Part shown: positions 18,315 to 27,658 of the stretch, in pieces | How positions within the stretch are numbered: the first letter of the stretch is position 1 | Layout: the number at the start of each line of letters is the position of its first letter | Virus record (IMG/VR): IMGVR_UViG_3300012936_000001 | Coordinates: 103,119 to 167,118 of that record | Source: a virus | DNA length: 64,000 bases | Strand: one strand, 5' to 3' | The notes under the pieces: generated by a model | Told to the model about the DNA's origin: nothing | Database searches by the model: none | What the model saw: only the letters and a program-made list of their open reading frames with translations | Position numbers and translations under genes: made by a program

Positions 18315-21300
18315 ATGTTACTAGATGAACTTTTAGAAAGCGTAATAATGGCAGCGCATGCATTGAACGAAAAAGATGCATCAAAAAGTCTAGACGAAGT
18401 AGAAGGAGATGAGGAGAAAGACGACTTTGGTGAATTTAATAAGTACATTGACAGAATAACAAAGAATTCAAAAAGTTTGGAAGATTTGCTCAAAAAGGAA
18501 CTCGGCGACAATGAAGGTGCTAAAAGTATCCTTTTGCCTTTTGAAACTACGCGAACACTCTTGTTAGGGACACAGGAAACGATAGCGAATCCAAAAACAG
18601 ATTTTCAAGATCCAAAAAATGAAAATGCGAAACAAATAAATAGCACTTTGCAAAATTTTATGATCAATCTTGTATCACTGCGAAGAGGGCTGGAAAGTCT
18701 AGCGGAATGGTCAAAAGGCTTAGATAAGATAGGAATTAAGGACGCACAATTTAATAAGTTGTTTGGTGTTGTTCAAAAAGAATCAATGATTCATAAATCT
18801 AGTCTTTCTTCTCTGCTATTAGAAATGAAATCACCAGAAGACTATCCTGCTGGATCTATTGCAAAAGCGATTGCAAACCTTGCCAATTTCAACGTTAATC
18901 TAAAAGACGTTTTTGACCCAGACGGAAGAGAACATAAATTAGTAATCAATTATTTTAAGAAGCTGGATGACAACATTGGCAAATTAGAAAAGACGCTAGG
19001 AAACAAAAAAGCACTTGAAAGCGAAATTGATAAATTTTTCAAAACAAGACCAGGCCAAGGTGTCATTGCAGCTGCCTGGTCCTTTGCTAAGTCAATGGTG
19101 GCATCCTTTTTTAAGCCGGCACCTATTGGCGATGGAACAATTCTTAATGCTAGGCAAGCCATGGGATCAATAGAAGAACCATCAGGCCTCTTGTTTCTTA
19201 GTCCAAAGCAGATCATAGATATAAACGAGAAGGTCAACACTGGTCTCAAGGACATGAAGAAGAATGTCTCTATCGTGCGGGACATGCTCGCATTCGGCGG
19301 AAAAGACGCAGACAGAATCCAGGCATACATCAAGGATAACGAAATAGAGGCCGACGATTATCTAGAAGATCTAGATGCAAATATAGACTGGGACAAAGAA
19401 AAAGACTACAAGAAGCTAAAAGCGGCAATGATATCGTCAGACTATTATGGAGAATCCTATCAGGTTCAAAAAAATCTAATACACAAGAACACGATGCAAA
19501 ATCTTTTGTTCGAAGACGCAGAAGAATTTGTCGATCTTTGGAATCAATTTCTCTCAAAAGGTAACAACATAACCCAGAAGACAAAGGAAGCCGGGACCCT
19601 CCTGTTTCCGAAATTATCAGATGATTATGACTGGAGTGGTGAAACCCTAAATTGGGAAAAGAAAAAAGAGCCCGACATGGCTTTTCCGCAAGGTAGCCTT
19701 TATCCCTCCTCTGACGACCCAGAATTTCGAGCGATATTGAAAAAGGTTGAGAAGAAAGAACCTCTCTCAGACGAAGACCAAAATAAATTAAAGGAATTAG
19801 TGAAGGAAGAACCATATAAAAAAGCAGATCTCGCACAGGCCTTCATCGAAGACAAAGGTAATGATATCAATAACGCAGATTTGGCCAATCAGATTGCTGA
19901 CATTATTACGTTAGGTAACGATGAAGTATTGCTGTCTGCGGTTGACGATGACAGAGAGCAGATCAACAAAACCTTAGAAGAAAAAGGAATCCCGTATGCA
20001 ATCAACGCAGAAAAGGATGATGACGGCAAACCCATTGCAATTAGATTGATAAGGGTTGAAGATAAGCCAGAGCGCGGAATAAATCTGCCCGCCGGTAAGA
20101 CAAAGGTCTCAAGGGCTGCGATGAAGGCTTTATTTCCCGATAAAGATGAGATAATCACCCAAGCACTCGCCGCGTTAGGAAATTACGAATTGATCGAATC
20201 TAATAAATTGCTGCACAGAAATTCACTAGCCCAGTTATTATCCGAAGAAAAACAATCGCTATTAAAGTACATTGTTTCTTATTATAGCAAGAACGCTATT
20301 GATCAAACCCAAAAACACTGGGAAAATACCCCGGGAGCCAAAGACGCGGCACTGAAAAGACTGAACAATATGCTAATACAAAAGAAAGATGTGCTCAAGG
20401 AAAAAGGAATTGATCTTGATGAAGAAATAGAGATTGCCGAAGAAGAGCCAGGTGAAACAACGATTACACTAGAGCCTGGTAAATACCCTGATCCAAAAAG
20501 CGCCGAGGAGGAACTTGACAGCTCACCTGTGACTGATGATCTACCAACCGCGGAAAAGAAGAAAGTAGCGTCAGTCATGGTTGGTGTATCACAGAAAGAA
20601 ACAACGCCTCAAGAAGCTAACGCTGAATTGTTTGGCACTGGCTTGGGAGTAATGACCCCCACAGGTAAACCCTTGGAGTTGGTCGAAGAGGAACCTCCTC
20701 CACCCAAGCCGAAGAAGGAAGAAGGGCAGCCGGTACCCGATGAGAAAGAAACATTTTATTATTCTTTTACACCGCTGAACACATTTAGGCCTACCAAGAC
20801 CAAAATCGCTACAGTTGAAGAAATCATAGCCAATATGAAGAACGATAGCATCGCGTCGCATATGGTTTATTTATCTGCAAAAGATGGTTGGTCTATGAAC
20901 ACTTTTGGCTCCTTTGACAACGACTGGCCTCAGGTCCTAGGAGGATCCTCGGATGCTGCCTCTGAGAAAAAAGGCGTCTCAAAACAAAAAATCAAATCCC
21001 TATTCAGCAACACTACTTCGAAATTCTACGACGACCTTGAATATAAATATACCGGCAAAGACGGCAGCAACAGCAAACGTGATATGGGCAGTTCGTTGAT
21101 GATGCATATTCCAAAAGCTATTGCTTCAGCAACCGGCCTGGAGCTGACAGAATCTCGCCTTATTCACAAGTCAAGTCTATCATCTCTTCTCAGAGAGGCT
21201 TCTGTTTTTGATAAAATATTTGATGAGTTTCATTCTAGTTTTGCTAAGAAAGCGCAAGATAAAGATGGAGGAATATTCAAAAAAGAACCATTGAAAAAAT

Positions 21301-22253
21301 TCCTAAGAGGCATTTTTGAGAAGGAAGAATTAAAATCCGTCATGAAAGACTTAGGGGTCGACGATGTTTTCTCCGGTGGAACAGATGATGAAGAACCGGA
21401 AGCAGACGTTCAACCAGTGAGTGTGCCAAAAACTGGCAGCCCAAAGGAGGATGTGGAGAAAGACCTCAACAAAGCCGGGATCCAAAATTCGAAAGAAGTT
21501 GCTAATGACCTTGATGCGGATGGAGATGGCAATATAACGTCCAAAGAAGCTGAGGATCTTGCAAAGAAAAAGGAGGACATAACCGCCAAACCTGGGGAAG
21601 ACGATTCAACTAATCTTATTGTGGAACCTTCCGCCGAACAGAAAGATTCGGGCACAAAGATAAGCAGAAAAACAGACTTGAGAGATTTCACCGAAGATGA
21701 ACAAGATACCATCGAACTGGCGCTTGCCGACATATTAGATGGAGATATTGTAACAGAATCCAGCCTACACAAACTTGGACTAGGCATTTTACTTGAAAAC
21801 AAAGCAAACGATTTTGTAGAGCTGTTATTTGATTCTGGCCTAGAAGCTGAGCAGGTTCAAACCATTATCAAGAAGATAAAAGACAACAAGGATCTTAGCG
21901 ACAAATTAAAGAAGCTCGGCATAGATATGGAAGAGACATCAGAAAAATCTATTCCAGGCGTAACTATTCGACCGAAATTTATGGACCTCATTAATAAAAA
22001 GAAAAAACAACTAGCAACCCAAGCATTCACGCGAGATCCAGAAGAGGGTGGTATAAAAGGTCTTCCTGGGGTCAATGTATTGAAGAAAATGTTCGGGGAC
22101 CCGACACAAGTTGCTAATATCGAAAAGACTTATAACTATATTGCCAAGAAAACAGTAAAGGCTCCAATCTTTCCAGAAGGAAAGCGCAGCCCCAAATCAA
22201 AACTTATTCACAAACGTAGTCTTACCGAAGCATTATTTAGTGACGATGACTAG
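18315..22253 (+). CDS. 1312-aa acidic protein with six internal linker repeats (putative virion polyprotein)
   Basis: Six copies of the motif ..[LM][IL]H[KR].S[LM]..LL.E. Confidence 0.8.
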   Translation: MLLDELLESVIMAAHALNEKDASKSLDEVEGDEEKDDFGEFNKYIDRITKNSKSLEDLLKKELGDNEGAKSILLPFETTRTLLLGTQETIANPKTDFQDPKNENAKQINSTLQNFMINLVSLRRGLESLAEWSKGLDKIGIKDAQFNKLFGVVQKESMIHKSSLSSLLLEMKSPEDYPAGSIAKAIANLANFNVNLKDVFDPDGREHKLVINYFKKLDDNIGKLEKTLGNKKALESEIDKFFKTRPGQGVIAAAWSFAKSMVASFFKPAPIGDGTILNARQAMGSIEEPSGLLFLSPKQIIDINEKVNTGLKDMKKNVSIVRDMLAFGGKDADRIQAYIKDNEIEADDYLEDLDANIDWDKEKDYKKLKAAMISSDYYGESYQVQKNLIHKNTMQNLLFEDAEEFVDLWNQFLSKGNNITQKTKEAGTLLFPKLSDDYDWSGETLNWEKKKEPDMAFPQGSLYPSSDDPEFRAILKKVEKKEPLSDEDQNKLKELVKEEPYKKADLAQAFIEDKGNDINNADLANQIADIITLGNDEVLLSAVDDDREQINKTLEEKGIPYAINAEKDDDGKPIAIRLIRVEDKPERGINLPAGKTKVSRAAMKALFPDKDEIITQALAALGNYELIESNKLLHRNSLAQLLSEEKQSLLKYIVSYYSKNAIDQTQKHWENTPGAKDAALKRLNNMLIQKKDVLKEKGIDLDEEIEIAEEEPGETTITLEPGKYPDPKSAEEELDSSPVTDDLPTAEKKKVASVMVGVSQKETTPQEANAELFGTGLGVMTPTGKPLELVEEEPPPPKPKKEEGQPVPDEKETFYYSFTPLNTFRPTKTKIATVEEIIANMKNDSIASHMVYLSAKDGWSMNTFGSFDNDWPQVLGGSSDAASEKKGVSKQKIKSLFSNTTSKFYDDLEYKYTGKDGSNSKRDMGSSLMMHIPKAIASATGLELTESRLIHKSSLSSLLREASVFDKIFDEFHSSFAKKAQDKDGGIFKKEPLKKFLRGIFEKEELKSVMKDLGVDDVFSGGTDDEEPEADVQPVSVPKTGSPKEDVEKDLNKAGIQNSKEVANDLDADGDGNITSKEAEDLAKKKEDITAKPGEDDSTNLIVEPSAEQKDSGTKISRKTDLRDFTEDEQDTIELALADILDGDIVTESSLHKLGLGILLENKANDFVELLFDSGLEAEQVQTIIKKIKDNKDLSDKLKKLGIDMEETSEKSIPGVTIRPKFMDLINKKKKQLATQAFTRDPEEGGIKGLPGVNVLKKMFGDPTQVANIEKTYNYIAKKTVKAPIFPEGKRSPKSKLIHKRSLTEALFSDDD

Positions 22254-22262
22254 GAGAAATAA

Positions 22263-22721
22263 ATGAAAAAGAAACTCACAGAAAAAAGAATCATCAACGC
22301 TATACGTAAAGTGTATCGCCAAAGACTGGCAGAAGTCGCCATAGCAGCCGGGCTAGAAGAAGCAGACATGTATGACAAAAGAGGCAACATGATTCTCTCT
22401 CAAGGATTGAAAGTTCGACACAAGGCTTCCGGATATGAATATACTGTAGACCATGTAGAGGGCGACGGAGACGGCGCAGTTATATATCTTCGGCACCCAG
22501 ACCAACCAAGATTCGAAGCAAGCGATTCAAACATGACAATATCAGAATCCGGAGTTTCCGTCGATCTATCCGGTGTAGATTTACAGAGAGTCGCTGGCAA
22601 AAAGAAAATGCCAAAGGTTCAGCTGAAAAAGAAACCAGATGCCGGAGAGTTGAAAATACCAAAGTCTTCTCTTTTGGCGGTAAGTAAAGAAGAATTCGAC
22701 AAAGCATATGAGGTAGAATAA
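22263..22721 (+). CDS. Hypothetical protein with a basic leader
   Basis: MKKKLTEKRIINAIRKVYRQRLAE; SD present. Confidence 0.75.
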   Translation: MKKKLTEKRIINAIRKVYRQRLAEVAIAAGLEEADMYDKRGNMILSQGLKVRHKASGYEYTVDHVEGDGDGAVIYLRHPDQPRFEASDSNMTISESGVSVDLSGVDLQRVAGKKKMPKVQLKKKPDAGELKIPKSSLLAVSKEEFDKAYEVE

Positions 22722-23407
22722 TGGATAGAACAATTAAAAAAATTATCAAAGAGACGTTAGCCGTGAAAGAAAAAGGCCCGATAAACGAGTCTTATGTTAC
22801 TCGAGCAAAGAAATATGATTTACCTACAGAACTATTGTCCGAAAAGAATAAGAAGGCACACCAGGAGCTCTTAGCCAACTATGTGGAATCTCTCAATGCG
22901 GTCTCTGCGAAACTAGACACTGTATCTCGAGACGATGCTAGCCTAAACCATTCTTCGATTCGTTCACTAAAAATTGATGAAACATATAATGCCAACGCTG
23001 CTTATCTTCATGCCCTTTTCTTCCAGAACATCTCAGACCTCAAGTCAGTTATCACGATGGATTCTCTTACTTTTATCAGGATCGAAAGAGATTTTGGATC
23101 TTTTGATGCGTGGCAAAAAGATTTTATTGCAACATGTCTTTCAGCTAGAAATGGATGGGGACTATTGGTATACAATATGTTCCTAGGAAGATACATGAAC
23201 GTGGTCGTAGACCTCCATTCTCTCAACGTTCCGATTGCTTCTATTCCTATCTTGATTATGGATTGTTGGGAACATTCATACTACAGAGATTATCTTAAAG
23301 ATCGCAAGACATATGTGTATGCTATGATGAAAGAAATAAATTGGGAAGTAGTAGAAAAAAGAGTCCGTAAAGCAGAAAAGATCGCCAAGATTCAGGAGAA
23401 AGGATAA
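22721..23407 (+). CDS. Fe/Mn superoxide dismutase with an N-terminal tag
   Basis: H..YV, LHALFF, IERDFGSFDAW, GWGLL, MDCWEHSYY. Confidence 0.85.
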   Translation: MDRTIKKIIKETLAVKEKGPINESYVTRAKKYDLPTELLSEKNKKAHQELLANYVESLNAVSAKLDTVSRDDASLNHSSIRSLKIDETYNANAAYLHALFFQNISDLKSVITMDSLTFIRIERDFGSFDAWQKDFIATCLSARNGWGLLVYNMFLGRYMNVVVDLHSLNVPIASIPILIMDCWEHSYYRDYLKDRKTYVYAMMKEINWEVVEKRVRKAEKIAKIQEKG

Positions 23408-24114
23408 TGAGATATAAGAGGAATAGGCTTTGGGAACTTGCAGGTATAGTTCATCGATCCGAACTTCTTACCGAAGGAGGTGACGATGCCGGTGACGACA
23501 AAGAACTAGATGCTGGCGGTGACGACGATGCAGGCGGAGATGATGCAGAAGATTCCGGTGGCGATGATCTTTTCGGCGGAGGAGACGAAGGCGGCGATGA
23601 GGGTGAATCTGGAGGCGATAAGGAAGGTGAAGAAAAAGAAGAAGAGGAGCCTGCCGAAGTTCTCACAGCATCAGAGATTTCTCGATACGGCACCGGAGAG
23701 TTTGAGACCGAGATCGATGAAATCTTTATGACTATTTTTGATCAGGCGAAAGGCCGAGCAAAAGTAAGATCGGAAAAATCTATTGGTTATCCTGGAAAAA
23801 TAGATTTGGAGGAATCAAGAAAATATAGCCTGAGAGTGCTTCTGGAAGAAGCAGACCCAAATTCTGAAGAGTTTGATTTAGTCTTTTTTACAAATGAAAT
23901 AGCAAGATACATAAACAACTATACTACTCTGCTAGACGTAGAAGGAATTTTATTTTCGAAGGCAAAGCAATTTTTATTAAATCAGCGATCGAAAGAAGAA
24001 GCAAATACGTTTGAAGAACTTCTAGCAAGAGATCATGGTCTTAACTTTTCTCATGACGACATATACAAAAAACCACTACCACCGGAGGCTGCAGGAGCCA
24101 AGGCTTCATCATAA
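23407..24114 (+). CDS. Acidic Gly/Asp-rich tagged protein
   Basis: RLWELAGI..LLTE leader, GGDD low-complexity region, internal ESRKYSLRVLLEE. Confidence 0.75.
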   Translation: MRYKRNRLWELAGIVHRSELLTEGGDDAGDDKELDAGGDDDAGGDDAEDSGGDDLFGGGDEGGDEGESGGDKEGEEKEEEEPAEVLTASEISRYGTGEFETEIDEIFMTIFDQAKGRAKVRSEKSIGYPGKIDLEESRKYSLRVLLEEADPNSEEFDLVFFTNEIARYINNYTTLLDVEGILFSKAKQFLLNQRSKEEANTFEELLARDHGLNFSHDDIYKKPLPPEAAGAKASS

Positions 24115-24413
24115 TGTCAAAAAATAAAAGATATGATTTCAGTACAAGGAAGAGCATTCATTTCCACCTGAATAAAAATATTCACGCAGATCTGAGAATT
24201 GCTCTTTTACAAAAAGGTCTCACGATGCAAGATGCTTTAGAGGCATGTTCAGTTTTGATAGCAGAACAACATCCTTTTATGGAGAAACACCTTGATAAAG
24301 TGGTTGAAAGAAAACTTAATGGGGAGAAGCAAATTGCAAAAAGAGAAGCAGAATCAATATACGAAGCTATTGAAAGAGCTAGAAGACCTGAAGAAAAAGA
24401 TTCAGGAAATTGA
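24114..24413 (+). CDS. Hypothetical protein (possible ribbon-helix-helix DNA binder)
   Basis: RKSIHFHL strand followed by two helices. Confidence 0.5.
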   Translation: MSKNKRYDFSTRKSIHFHLNKNIHADLRIALLQKGLTMQDALEACSVLIAEQHPFMEKHLDKVVERKLNGEKQIAKREAESIYEAIERARRPEEKDSGN

Positions 24414-24645
24414 AAAAGAAAAAGAAGAAATGTTAGAAAGAGAAAAGCTTTCTGCCAAAAACCAGAATCTTATTTCTCGTTCTTTGCTCGACTGTGCACA
24501 ACAAATTACTGTCATTTCTACAGCTATTCATACATGTTTAGATAGAATTGATGCAATAGATGCGGAGTTTATGGTTCTGAAGGAAGCCATAGGGCTTAAA
24601 AATCAAGATTATAATTTTTTTAATAATGGAACGACCTATAATTAA
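24292..24645 (+). CDS. Coiled-coil hypothetical protein
   Basis: Heptad-rich ORF; start uncertain. Confidence 0.55.
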   Translation: MIKWLKENLMGRSKLQKEKQNQYTKLLKELEDLKKKIQEIEKEKEEMLEREKLSAKNQNLISRSLLDCAQQITVISTAIHTCLDRIDAIDAEFMVLKEAIGLKNQDYNFFNNGTTYN

Positions 24646-24668
24646 TAATGACACCAAAGGAGAAAGTC

Positions 24669-24953
24669 ATGTTGAGTGAAAAAGAAATTGTCGAAGCAGT
24701 AAAGGAAATGCCAAAAGAAGAGAAAAAGTCTTTGTCCGAAAAATTAGCCGAACAATTTTATCTAGATGTAAAAAGTAAAGGCGTTCTTGATGCTATTCAA
24801 GAAAAGGCGGTATCTAGAAAGCTATTAGTTTTTATTGTTGCGACAGCACTGATGTGGTATGGACTTGATCCAGAAACATGGTCAACAATCGCAATCATAT
24901 ACATTGGATCTCAATCCGCTGTAGATATTGCCAAAGTGCTTAAGGGCATATAA
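24669..24953 (+). CDS. Holin-like membrane protein
   Basis: SRKLLVFIVAT..WSTIAIIYIGSQSAVD, two short hydrophobic segments. Confidence 0.5.
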   Translation: MLSEKEIVEAVKEMPKEEKKSLSEKLAEQFYLDVKSKGVLDAIQEKAVSRKLLVFIVATALMWYGLDPETWSTIAIIYIGSQSAVDIAKVLKGI

Positions 24954-24956
24954 GGC

Positions 24957-25286
24957 ATGGACTTTATTAAGAAATTCTGGAAATGGATTGTTGGTTTCTT
25001 TGCCATTCTCATTGGTGTTCTATTATTAAGACCTAAGGGAAATCCAGAGCTACAAGCTGAAAAATCAAAAAATAAAAAATTAGAAGATCTTAATAAAAAT
25101 ATTAGAAAAATAGAATCCGAAGGCAAAGAAAAAGTTTTTGATAAATTTGCAAAAAAATCAGAGGACATTCAAAAAAAGACTACCGAACTCAGAGACCAAA
25201 TAGAACTTGAAGAAATCCAAAGGGTTGAGTCTATTAAGTCAGCAGAAGACGCGACAGCGGCCATCAAGGAGAAACTCCAAAAATGA
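24957..25286 (+). CDS. N-terminal TM plus coiled coil (i-spanin-like)
   Basis: KKFWKWIVGFFAILIGVLLLR followed by a charged helix. Confidence 0.5.
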   Translation: MDFIKKFWKWIVGFFAILIGVLLLRPKGNPELQAEKSKNKKLEDLNKNIRKIESEGKEKVFDKFAKKSEDIQKKTTELRDQIELEEIQRVESIKSAEDATAAIKEKLQK

Positions 25287-25690
25287 TTTTATTTCTATGT
25301 TCTATGTTATTTGCTGATGAAGTAATCACGCTGAAGAAGGGCGAGTCTGCTCCTTTTGATGGTACCCTACTTTCGCCAGAAGCGGCCGCAAAACTATTAG
25401 CCTCTTCAGAGTCAGATTTGTCCAAATGTAAAGCCGACCTTGAAATACAAAAACTTCAATTTGAAAACAAACTAGATCTCGAGACAGGACTTTTGACAGT
25501 AGAGATAGACACTTGCAAGTTGGAGAGAGATCGTCAAAAAAAGATATATGAAGAACATATAAAATTATTAGAACAGAGATCCAAACCATCATGGCATGAT
25601 AATCTATTGTTTGCAGGCGGTGTTGCCACCGGCGTTGCAGTCGTAGTCTTATCTGCCTGGACGCTCGATAAAATACAGGTGAATCAATAA
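25283..25690 (+). CDS. Exported coiled-coil protein with a C-terminal hydrophobic segment (spanin-like)
   Basis: Short signal peptide, GESAPFDGTLL, C-terminal FAGGVATGVAVVVL. Confidence 0.5.
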   Translation: MILFLCSMLFADEVITLKKGESAPFDGTLLSPEAAAKLLASSESDLSKCKADLEIQKLQFENKLDLETGLLTVEIDTCKLERDRQKKIYEEHIKLLEQRSKPSWHDNLLFAGGVATGVAVVVLSAWTLDKIQVNQ

Positions 25691-26982
25691 TGAAACTAGA
25701 TGAAAAAAGACTCATAAGAGCTGTTGGCAACTGGCTTTTTGAATACTCCGGAATTCCTAATGGCAACCGCACATATGACAACCTTGCAGGGAACCTAGGT
25801 GACGAAGAAAGTGAGCTACCAACTGCAACTCCTATTGTTGCAATGGATCAAACAGCTGCTCAGCTAACATATGATCTTCCACCAGTAGAGGATGAAGAGT
25901 ATGTGCCTGAAAATGCAGAAGAATTATCGAGGGCTGCTAGAGAACTTACAAAACAGGTTCCAGATGATCAGGTTGCAAATTTCTATTCTGACCTGAGCAA
26001 AATGATCGAAAATTCAATTGACAAAAGCCGAGACGTGGAAATTCAGGAACACCCTCCCGTCGAAGAGGATATAAAAAACCCGATAAAAGTTAAAGAAAAT
26101 AAAGATTATTTTCGTAGATCTGGTGTAGCCAACCGTAAAACAAGTTACATTAATCATGTAACAAACAAAGGAGGCATTATGTCAGAATCAAGAGGAAAAA
26201 AATCAGCCCGTCAACGCGACTTCGGGCGCTCTTGGGCGCAAGGCGACGACCTAAGAATGACCTGGAAAGATGATCTAGAAACATCGGATGACTATCGTGA
26301 CATGGACGACTTTGACCTAGGAGAATTGGCTGATGAGTTCGTTCCGGATGCTGAAGACATTCAGGCGTTCATGGACGCAAACGATGAAGACGATCCAACT
26401 AAGGTTCCCGGCTTTGATATGGAAATTCATGGTCAAGAGTTCGAACTAGAAGACTTCGTGAAGTCCAAAGTATTTCCTACCGCTAAGCGAGCCAGCGCGG
26501 TGCACAATAAACTGGAAAGAGAAATAAATCCTGTTATTCGAATGACACAGTCCGCTCCGCAGGTGGCAGATAGGCTTATGTCTCTTGTTCGCTCAAACTT
26601 CGCGGCAGACGCTTTTCTTGACGCTGTATATCATGCGGACCTTATGGAAGAAGAAACTATCGAAGATCTTCGGGAAATGTCCCGAGGTAACGAAGAACAA
26701 CGTGAAGCGTTCTATAAGTCTGACATGTATCAATTTTTTGCTTCGATCGCTTTTGTGCGTCCGGCGGTGAAAGAACTTGAAAGACTCGCAAAGCTTGGTA
26801 AGGACGTATTCGACCCCAAGCGCAGAAAGTCTCAAATCAGTCCTGCCGATGCAAAGTCGATTATCAAGTCTGTCAAAAACGCATGGTCTCGAAAGAACGC
26901 GGCTCAAATGTCTCGGTTCGCAGAACGGGCTTTTGAAAACCTCCACTACTTCGAAGCTCGTGATAAATCTGTAATGGGGTAG
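25690..26982 (+). CDS. Tagged hypothetical protein with a probable internal in-frame start at 26179
   Basis: MKLDEKRLIRAVGNWLFE leader; internal promoter, SD and ATG. Confidence 0.8.
   Translation: MKLDEKRLIRAVGNWLFEYSGIPNGNRTYDNLAGNLGDEESELPTATPIVAMDQTAAQLTYDLPPVEDEEYVPENAEELSRAARELTKQVPDDQVANFYSDLSKMIENSIDKSRDVEIQEHPPVEEDIKNPIKVKENKDYFRRSGVANRKTSYINHVTNKGGIMSESRGKKSARQRDFGRSWAQGDDLRMTWKDDLETSDDYRDMDDFDLGELADEFVPDAEDIQAFMDANDEDDPTKVPGFDMEIHGQEFELEDFVKSKVFPTAKRASAVHNKLEREINPVIRMTQSAPQVADRLMSLVRSNFAADAFLDAVYHADLMEEETIEDLREMSRGNEEQREAFYKSDMYQFFASIAFVRPAVKELERLAKLGKDVFDPKRRKSQISPADAKSIIKSVKNAWSRKNAAQMSRFAERAFENLHYFEARDKSVMG
26123..26175 (+). promoter_or_regulatory. Intragenic early-type promoter GTGTAG-N17-TACATT with palindrome and SD AAAGGAGG
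   Basis: Exact 17-nt spacing; GTTACAT-N5-ATGTAAC; in-frame ATG at 26179. Confidence 0.7.
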
Positions 26983-26985
26983 ATT

Positions 26986-27345
26986 ATGAACAAACCAACT
27001 CTTATGGATCTTTATTTTCCAGGCACTAGTTCCTCGGTCTCTTTGACCGAGGCTTCTACTATTCCCACGGAACTTCCGATTGATGTAAAAGATAAATCAC
27101 TATGGAAACTAAAAGAAGATCCTGAAAGGCTTCTTAGGATTTATCGGCTTTCGAAAGAGAAAGAGTTTAAGTATTTTGTACAAGATCTGCTGGAACTTCA
27201 GGATGAAGAAGGGCACCATGCCAGAATTACAATTCAATATCCCCAAATCAAGATAGAACTTTGGACACATGATCTTAAACAGGTGACAGAGTCAGATTTT
27301 CAATGGGCGGAAAAGGCGGACAAAATATACAATGGCTACAAATGA
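26986..27345 (+). CDS. Pterin-4-alpha-carbinolamine dehydratase-like protein with an N-terminal extension
   Basis: EEGHHARI..IELWTHD..VTESDFQWA. Confidence 0.7.
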   Translation: MNKPTLMDLYFPGTSSSVSLTEASTIPTELPIDVKDKSLWKLKEDPERLLRIYRLSKEKEFKYFVQDLLELQDEEGHHARITIQYPQIKIELWTHDLKQVTESDFQWAEKADKIYNGYK

Positions 27346-27658
27346 CCTAATGGTTTCTGATTCTTTGAAGGGGTTGTTTGACGAACCAGTTAAGCAACCC
27401 CAAAGCTTTATTTCTCTTGTGCATCCTATAGGGGGAATCATTACAAGAATTACAAGTTCCCCTTCAGGAACAAAATACTTTATAATGCCAAAAGATGCAA
27501 CTACAGCGTTTCAGTTATTTGCCAAGAATAAAGTAGATAAGCTTATATTTAAGTACATGGACATTGAGATGGTTCATAAGATTTCTAATCCTCTGATTTC
27601 AATTGATAATTCTCAGGGAAAACTACTTATTCAAATAGAGAGTATACATGAGACGTAA
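27332..27658 (+). CDS. Hypothetical protein
   Basis: Tightly packed ORF within the operon. Confidence 0.6.
   Translation: MATNDLMVSDSLKGLFDEPVKQPQSFISLVHPIGGIITRITSSPSGTKYFIMPKDATTAFQLFAKNKVDKLIFKYMDIEMVHKISNPLISIDNSQGKLLIQIESIHET

Noticed and set aside
23476-23650. GGDD-rich stretch as a collagen-like or repeat element
   Set aside because: It is an irregular low-complexity acidic linker without Gly-X-Y periodicity.
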